This document shows, in pieces, positions 58,359 to 64,000 of a DNA stretch of 64,000 bases (position 1 is the stretch's first letter; every line of letters starts with the position of its first letter). The DNA comes from Alphaproteobacteria bacterium (GTDB lineage: Bacteria > Pseudomonadota > Alphaproteobacteria > UBA828), in the NCBI GenBank assembly GCA_965214705.1, contig OZ243972.1, positions 1,760,001-1,824,000 of the forward strand, read 5' to 3'. The translations under genes and the position numbers were made by a program. The notes under the pieces were generated by a model. That model did no database searches. It was given only the letters and a program-made list of their open reading frames with translations, and was not told the DNA's origin.

Positions 58359-60911
58359 GTGCGCATGGCGATGCGCGACGAGGAATTCGGAGCGACCCCG
58401 ACGCTGACCGAGGCGGAGGGCGGGTTCTGGGCGCCGCTCCAGGCGGCGCCGGCATCGGAGCCGCGCGACTGGCGGTCTCTGTGCGAACAGGCGCAGTCCC
58501 GCGCGGAGATGGAACGGGCGCGGGCGGACGCGGCGGAAGCGCGCGTCGAAGAGCTGGTTCTGGCGGAGAGGGACGCCCGTTCGCGGGCGGGTTCGCTGAA
58601 GTGGCAGCTCGACAAGAGCCGGGACAAGCTCAAGGCGGCCAACAAGGAGGTCGAGGAGGTTCGCCGCGCGGCCAAGGATGCGCTGTTCTACCAGTCGGAA
58701 GTGGCGCGTTTGGACAAGCTGCTCTCGCAGGCCGGTGTCGAGTCGAGCAAACGCAGCACGATCATGTCGCTGCGCATGGAAGTCTTTCAGCTGCGCGAAG
58801 CCTTGCAGACGTTGCAGGCCGGCAAGGATACGGCCGCCCCTGCATCCGTAGAGAAGATCAAGCTGCCCAGGGGTGCGCCAGCGCTGAAGCCGTCCCAGGA
58901 GCAGAAGGACGAGGTCGCGGCGTTGCGCAGGAAGGTCGAGGCGCTCCGTCGCAGGCTGAAACGGGCGGCAGAGTCGTCGCCGCCCCGGAGAGCGGGCACC
59001 CAGCTGCGCAAGGCGCTGGAACGCGCGCGCAAGCAGAAGGACACGATCAAGGCGCTGCGCGGGCAAGTCGGTTCTCTGCGCCGGGAGACGCGCCGGCTGA
59101 ACCGGGAAGCTCGCCGGCTGCGCCGCGAGCAGGAGCAACTGCAGAGCCTCAAGGCGACCCTGCGCCAGACGACCGCCGAGGCCAAGATTCTCCGCGGGGC
59201 TCTGGCCGGGTTCTACGATCAGATGGACCTCATCAAGGAGCAGCAGAGCCACATCATCGGCCTGCGCGTGGCCCTGAGGACATCGGCCATCAAGAACGAG
59301 AAGCTGGAGGCCGAGCTTGCCGAACGTCCCCTGCTGAGCGCGGTCTTCATGAAACTGCGCGAGCGGAACAAGACCATCGAGGCGCTGCGCAAGGAGATCG
59401 CCCGGCAGCGCAAGGCGAACGGGCGGCTGGGCAGCAAGATAAAGTCCCTGCACGCCCACAGAGCGAGCCTGCAAGCCCGGATTGTCCAGCTTCGCTCGTC
59501 CCGCGCGGTCTTGTCGAAGGCGGTCTTCGGGGGCCGGAGCGAGCGGCAGGAGACGCCCCGCTCGGAGCGCAAGCGCGGCCAGCAGCGCGGCGCGCCCGGC
59601 CACGGCCGTACCTCGCGGCTTGCGCTCAAGGAGAAGGAGGAACGGCGGGAACGGCCGCCGGACGCGCTCATCTGCTCGTGCTGCGGCAAGCCCTATGTCG
59701 CCAACGGCGAGCGTTCCTCGTCCGTCATCGAGATCGCGGTCAAGGCCCACATCCGCAGGATCGTCCGTCCGCGCTACCGTCGGGGCTGCGGCTGCCCGTC
59801 CTCGCCCCCGGAGGCGGTCGCGCCCCCGCCGGCGCGGCTGTTCGCCAGGACGCCCTTCGGGATCAGCGTCTGGGCGCGCATCCTCTACGAGCGCTTCGCC
59901 TGCTTCCGGCCCCTGCGTCAGGTCGCGGCGTGGATGACCGATCAGGGGCTGGCGATCGCGCCGGGGACGATGGCCGACAGCGTGCGCCGCTTCCAGCCGC
60001 TGTTTGCGCCGCTCGCCGAGGCGATCCTCGCCCGCCAGAACGAGATGGCGGTGCGCCACGGCGACGAGACCGGCTGGCGCATCCAGGCGCTGAGCGAGAC
60101 CGGGCGCTCGCGGCGCGCGTGGCTGTGGATCTCGGTCGGCAAGGACGCCGTCTACTACCGCGTCGACCCCTCGCGCAGCGCCGAGGCCGCGATGAAGCTG
60201 TTCGGCTCGGTCAAGGGCACCGTGTTCCTGGTCTGCGACCGCTACGCCGCCTACATCAAGATGGCGCGGGAGCTCGACGGCAAGGTGATCCTGTGCTGGT
60301 GCTGGATCCACCAGAGGCGCGACTTCATCGAGTGCGCGGCTGGCCAGGTGAAGCTGAGGCAGTGGTGCGAGGGGTGGATCGAGCGGTTCGCGTCCGTCGT
60401 CCGGCTGAACAAGGAGCGGCTGAAGCATTACGACCCCGCTCTCGCTCTCATACGACAGACGCCGGCGTTCGACGCGGCACAGGCCGCGCTGAAGAAGGCG
60501 GTCGACGAGCTGTTCGCACAGGGCGAAGCGGAGCTGGCCGACCTGCCGGCCAAGGCGCGCCAGGCCAAGGCGTTGCGCTCGCTGCTCAAGCATCGCGAGG
60601 GACTGAGCGTCTTCGTCGACAATCCCCAGGTGCCCATGGACAACAATGTCGCGGAGCGCGAGTTCCGGAGGGCCGTTATCGGGCGCCGGTTATGCTTCGG
60701 TTCGGACAGCGAGGACGGCGCCGACTTCACGGCGGCGATGTACTCGGTCCTCGGCACCCTCGCCCTGAACGGCATCGATGTCCTGCGCTGGCTGGAGGCG
60801 TGGCTCGAAGCCTGCGCGGAGAACGATGGCCAGCCGCCCGACGACCTGTCGCCCTGGCTGCCCTGGACGATGAGCGAGGAGCGCAGGCGCGAGTTCACGG
60901 CGCCGGAATGA
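58359..60911 (+). CDS. IS66-family TnpC-type transposase with long N-terminal coiled coil
   Basis: FGGRSER, GAPGHGR, CSCCG, HGDETGW, VCDRYAAY, CWIH.RR.F, MDNN.AER; exact start uncertain. Confidence 0.88.
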   Translation: MRMAMRDEEFGATPTLTEAEGGFWAPLQAAPASEPRDWRSLCEQAQSRAEMERARADAAEARVEELVLAERDARSRAGSLKWQLDKSRDKLKAANKEVEEVRRAAKDALFYQSEVARLDKLLSQAGVESSKRSTIMSLRMEVFQLREALQTLQAGKDTAAPASVEKIKLPRGAPALKPSQEQKDEVAALRRKVEALRRRLKRAAESSPPRRAGTQLRKALERARKQKDTIKALRGQVGSLRRETRRLNREARRLRREQEQLQSLKATLRQTTAEAKILRGALAGFYDQMDLIKEQQSHIIGLRVALRTSAIKNEKLEAELAERPLLSAVFMKLRERNKTIEALRKEIARQRKANGRLGSKIKSLHAHRASLQARIVQLRSSRAVLSKAVFGGRSERQETPRSERKRGQQRGAPGHGRTSRLALKEKEERRERPPDALICSCCGKPYVANGERSSSVIEIAVKAHIRRIVRPRYRRGCGCPSSPPEAVAPPPARLFARTPFGISVWARILYERFACFRPLRQVAAWMTDQGLAIAPGTMADSVRRFQPLFAPLAEAILARQNEMAVRHGDETGWRIQALSETGRSRRAWLWISVGKDAVYYRVDPSRSAEAAMKLFGSVKGTVFLVCDRYAAYIKMARELDGKVILCWCWIHQRRDFIECAAGQVKLRQWCEGWIERFASVVRLNKERLKHYDPALALIRQTPAFDAAQAALKKAVDELFAQGEAELADLPAKARQAKALRSLLKHREGLSVFVDNPQVPMDNNVAEREFRRAVIGRRLCFGSDSEDGADFTAAMYSVLGTLALNGIDVLRWLEAWLEACAENDGQPPDDLSPWLPWTMSEERRREFTAPE

Positions 60912-61789
60912 CCGGCGCGATCGAGTGCCGCTACTACGGTCGGGACTTCACCGCTGACGAGATGGCGCTGCTGCGCGTCCTGATCGCCGCCGATCCGCAG
61001 CCCACCCGAGCTGCCCTGTCCAGAGAGTTCTGCCGGCGTATCGGTTGGCTCAAGCCTGACGGCGGCCTCAAGGACATGATGGCGAAGGTGACCATGCTCG
61101 CCATGCACCGCGACGGCGTCATCGTCCTGCCGCCGCCGAGAGGGCGCCAGGGGCGGCCCAAGCCCATCGTCTTCGGACCGGACACCGAGCCGCCGCTGTT
61201 CCCCGCTCCGACCACCCTCGACCAGGTGCGTCCCCTCGACTTCCGCACCGTCGTGCGCAACACCCGGGAAGGGAAGCTCTGGAACGAGTTCGTCGCCCGC
61301 TACCACTACCTCGGATACAAGACCCTGGTCGGCGCCCAGATGCGCTACGCCGTGCATGACCGCAACGGCTGGCCGCTGGCCATGCTCGGCTTCTCCACCG
61401 CCGCATGGAAGCTCGCCCCGCGCGACCGCTTCATCGGATGGTCGCCCCAAATGCGCGAGAAAAACCTGCCGCTGGTGGTCGACAATCCGCGCTTCCTGAT
61501 CCTGCCGTGGGTCGAGATCCCCAACCTCGGCTCGCACATCCTCGCCATCGTGCGCCGCCGCCTGCCCGGCGACTGGACCGAGCGCTACAACACCACGCCC
61601 GTGCTCATCGAGACCTTCGTCGAGACCCCGCGCTACACCGGCGCCGTCTACAAGGCCTCGGGCTGGACCCACGTTGGAACCACCCAGGGAAGAGGACGCT
61701 ATGACAGGCATACGAAACGGGCCCAGCCCCAAAAGGACATCTGGTTGCGACCCCTCCGCAAGGACTGGAAGCGAACGCTCAATCGTTGA
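60908..61789 (+). CDS. DUF4338 / Druantia DruA-like protein
   Basis: RYYGR.F, LSRE.C..IGW..PDG, WNE...RYHYLGY..L.GAQ.RY, RD.FIGW, N.RFLILPW...NL.S, ETFV, G..YKA.GW..VG.TQGRGR; ATGA overlap with the transposase. Confidence 0.8.
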   Translation: MTGAIECRYYGRDFTADEMALLRVLIAADPQPTRAALSREFCRRIGWLKPDGGLKDMMAKVTMLAMHRDGVIVLPPPRGRQGRPKPIVFGPDTEPPLFPAPTTLDQVRPLDFRTVVRNTREGKLWNEFVARYHYLGYKTLVGAQMRYAVHDRNGWPLAMLGFSTAAWKLAPRDRFIGWSPQMREKNLPLVVDNPRFLILPWVEIPNLGSHILAIVRRRLPGDWTERYNTTPVLIETFVETPRYTGAVYKASGWTHVGTTQGRGRYDRHTKRAQPQKDIWLRPLRKDWKRTLNR

Positions 61790-61829
61790 ATCCACCACTC
61801 TCATCACCGCGTGACCGAACGCTTTCGCG

Positions 61830-63026
61830 ATGCCGAAACGGAACGCCATCCGGATTTCCAAGCGGTCGGTCGAACGCCTGGCGGTGGAGCGCGGCGACGC
61901 GCTGTTCTGGGACCGCGACCTCACGGGCTTCGGGGTCAGGGTCTATGCGACCGGGCGCAAGGTCTACGTGGCCCAGACGCGCGGGCCGACAGGCCAGTCC
62001 AGGCGGGTGCCCATCGGCGTGCATGGCGAGATCGCGCCGGACGAGGCGCGCGGCAAGGCGGCGGTCGTCATCGACCGCATCGGGCGGGGCGAGGATCCGT
62101 TCCCGCCGGAGCCCGCCCCGCCGCCGACGATGGCCGACCTGGCCGAGCGCTACGTCAAGGGCCACCTCGAAGTGAACTGCCGGCCGAACACGGTGAAGAC
62201 GTGCCGGCGGGTGCTGGATCTCCACATCCTGCCCGCGCTGGGGCATCTGCCGGTGGCGTCTGTCGAGCGCTCGCATGTGTCCGAGCTCCATTTCAGGATG
62301 CGGGACAAGCCCGCCCAGGCGAACCAGGCGGTGGAGGTGCTGTCGAAGATGTTCCGGTTGGCCGAGACCTGGGGCATGACGCCGCCCCGGCGCAGTCCCT
62401 GCCGGCGGGTGCGGGCCTACAAGAGGGTCCGGCGGGAGCGGTTCCTGACGCCGGAGGAGTATCGCCGTCTCGGACGCGTGCTGGACGAGGCGGAGGCGGC
62501 GGGCGGGTTCCTGCCGTCCGGCATCGCCGCGATCCGGCTGCTGCTGCTGACCGGTTGCCGCAAGAACGAGATCGTCACCCTCAGGTGGGACGACATCGAC
62601 CGCACGGCGGGCGAGATCCGGATTCGCGACGCGAAGACCGGCGCGCGGCGCATCCCGCTGACGCGGGCGGTGGAATCCGTGCTGGCCGGCATTCCGCGCA
62701 TCGAAGGCAATCCCTGGGTGATTACGGGGAAGCTGCCGGGCGATCACTTGAAGAACCTCGACCAGGTCTGGCTCAGGCTGCGCCCGCGCGCCGGGCTCGA
62801 CGGCGTGCGCATTCACGACTGCCGACACTCTTACGCGTCCCGCGCGCTGGCGATCGGCGAGGGCCTGCCGATGATCGGCAAGCTGCTCGGTCACCGCAAG
62901 GTGACGACGACGGCGCGCTACGCCCACCTGGTGCGGGACACGGAGAAGGCCTCGGCGCGCAAGGTCGGCCGCAGCATCGGGGCGGACATTCTGGGCGGGG
63001 ACGCGGAGGAAGGCCGCGCGGCCTGA
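61830..63026 (+). CDS. Tyrosine integrase with N-terminal arm-binding domain
   Basis: WD..L.GFGVRV..TG.K, LTGCRKNEI, DAKTG, HDCRHSYAS, LLGH...TTARYAH. Confidence 0.92.
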   Translation: MPKRNAIRISKRSVERLAVERGDALFWDRDLTGFGVRVYATGRKVYVAQTRGPTGQSRRVPIGVHGEIAPDEARGKAAVVIDRIGRGEDPFPPEPAPPPTMADLAERYVKGHLEVNCRPNTVKTCRRVLDLHILPALGHLPVASVERSHVSELHFRMRDKPAQANQAVEVLSKMFRLAETWGMTPPRRSPCRRVRAYKRVRRERFLTPEEYRRLGRVLDEAEAAGGFLPSGIAAIRLLLLTGCRKNEIVTLRWDDIDRTAGEIRIRDAKTGARRIPLTRAVESVLAGIPRIEGNPWVITGKLPGDHLKNLDQVWLRLRPRAGLDGVRIHDCRHSYASRALAIGEGLPMIGKLLGHRKVTTTARYAHLVRDTEKASARKVGRSIGADILGGDAEEGRAA

Positions 63027-63058
63027 CGGGCGGCGCGCGGCGGAATCGGAGGACGGGC

Positions 63059-64000
63059 ATGGCCCGGTTCAGGACGAAGACGATATCGAAACGGACGGTC
63101 GACGCGCTGAAGGTGGACCGGGACACATTCTTCTGGGACAGCGAGCTCGCGGGCTTCGGGGTCCGGGTCCATCCCACGGGGCGGAAAGTCTACGTGGTGC
63201 AGACCCGGGCGGGCGGCGAGGCGGCGAAACGGGTGACGGTCGGCCGGCACGGCGTCATCACCGCCGAGGAGGCCCGGCGGCGCGCGGCGCAGATCATCTC
63301 GCGGATCAAGGCCGGCGAGGACCCGGTGCCGGAGCCGGCGGCGGTCAGGCTGGCCGCCAGCCCGACCGTGGGCGATCTGGCCCGGCGGTATCTCGAGGAG
63401 CACGTCGCGGTGCGCTGCAAGCCGAAGACGGAGGCGACCTATCGGCTGGTGGTCGAGAAGCACATCCTGCCCCGGCTCGGCAAGCTCCCGGCGCTGGCCG
63501 TCGGGCACCGGGAGGTCACGGAGCTGCATCACGCGCTGCGCGCTACGCCGGTGATGGCGAACCACGTCGTCGATCTGCTGTCGCGCATCTACAACCTGGC
63601 GGAGGACCGGGGCGAGATCCCGGAGATGAGCAACCCCTGCCGCCTGGTCGCGAAGAACCGCGAGCGCAGCCGCGAGCGGTTCCTGACCGAGGAGGAGTTC
63701 CGGCGCCTCGGGCGGGTGCTGGACGAGGCGGAGACGAGCAAGGGGGTGTCGGCGCACGCCGTCGCGGCGATCCGGCTGCTGCTGCTGACCGGCTGCCGCA
63801 AGGGCGAAATCCTGAACCTGCGGTGGGACCAGGTTGACCTGGAGGCCGGGGAACTGAACCTGCCCGACACCAAGACGGGGCCGCGCACGATCGTGCTGTC
63901 GCCGGAGGCGGCGTCGGTGCTGCGGCGGATTCCCCGGCTGGCGGACAATCCGCATGTGATCCCGGGGAAGATCAGGGGCAGGCCGATGCGCAACCTGAAC
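63059..64000 (+). CDS. Second tandem tyrosine integrase paralogue (runs off the window end)
   Basis: ATG 63059 after GGAGG; FFWDSELAGFGVRV, RERFLTEEE, LTGCRKGEI, DTKTG; not listed in the ORF track. Confidence 0.88.
   Translation, partial: MARFRTKTISKRTVDALKVDRDTFFWDSELAGFGVRVHPTGRKVYVVQTRAGGEAAKRVTVGRHGVITAEEARRRAAQIISRIKAGEDPVPEPAAVRLAASPTVGDLARRYLEEHVAVRCKPKTEATYRLVVEKHILPRLGKLPALAVGHREVTELHHALRATPVMANHVVDLLSRIYNLAEDRGEIPEMSNPCRLVAKNRERSRERFLTEEEFRRLGRVLDEAETSKGVSAHAVAAIRLLLLTGCRKGEILNLRWDQVDLEAGELNLPDTKTGPRTIVLSPEAASVLRRIPRLADNPHVIPGKIRGRPMRNLN

Larger units (their letters stand above)
58150..61826 (+). mobile_element. IS66-like transposon with 144-bp terminal inverted repeats
   Basis: IRs 58150..58293 and 61683..61826 (1 mismatch seen) starting GAAAGCGTTCGG; flanking 6-bp direct repeat GCGATG. 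Confidence 0.85.

Noticed and set aside
58010-61789. 1259-aa ORF as a giant protein
   Set aside because: Only the last 293 aa (DUF4338-like) look real; the rest is an alternate frame over the IS66 transposase in GC-rich DNA
60908-61789. Complete Druantia defence system
   Set aside because: No DruE helicase or other dru genes in the window; the gene lies inside a transposon
1-64000. CRISPR array or rRNA genes
   Set aside because: No regularly spaced short repeats, cas genes or rRNA-like sequence seen

Overview
High-GC, probably alphaproteobacterial accessory region (taxonomy inferred from gene style only). A roughly 50 kb amine/N-heterocycle catabolic island is bracketed by integrase and IS debris, including a degenerate tRNA-fMet att remnant at the left edge. 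The island holds two tandem glutamine-synthetase-like ligases, three trimethylamine/histamine-dehydrogenase paralogues, two PhyH dioxygenases, cupins, a GT1 glycosyltransferase, an acyl-CoA dehydrogenase, two LIV-type and one sugar-type ABC transporters, a KstD-like flavoprotein, an amidase and an SDR. It is being eroded by mobile DNA. (i) Three copies of a 2666-bp IS91-like rolling-circle element (tyrosine recombinase plus HUH/Y2 transposase) are each inserted at CTTG inside a gene. They carry asymmetric 14-bp inverted repeats and a terminal 19-bp hairpin whose loop occurs in both orientations. (ii) A 1650-bp IS110/IS1111-type element is nested in the transposase of two of those copies. Its 3' non-coding region contains target- and donor-matching segments in a bridge/seekRNA-like fold, apparently programmed against the conserved YNSC motif of IS91-type transposases. 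(iii) There is also an IS1634, two MITEs, a decayed serine-recombinase element, and an unusual IS66-like transposon with 144-bp inverted repeats, a 6-bp duplication and a DUF4338/DruA-like gene. All calls are by-eye motif recognition and manual alignment; no database searches were run.
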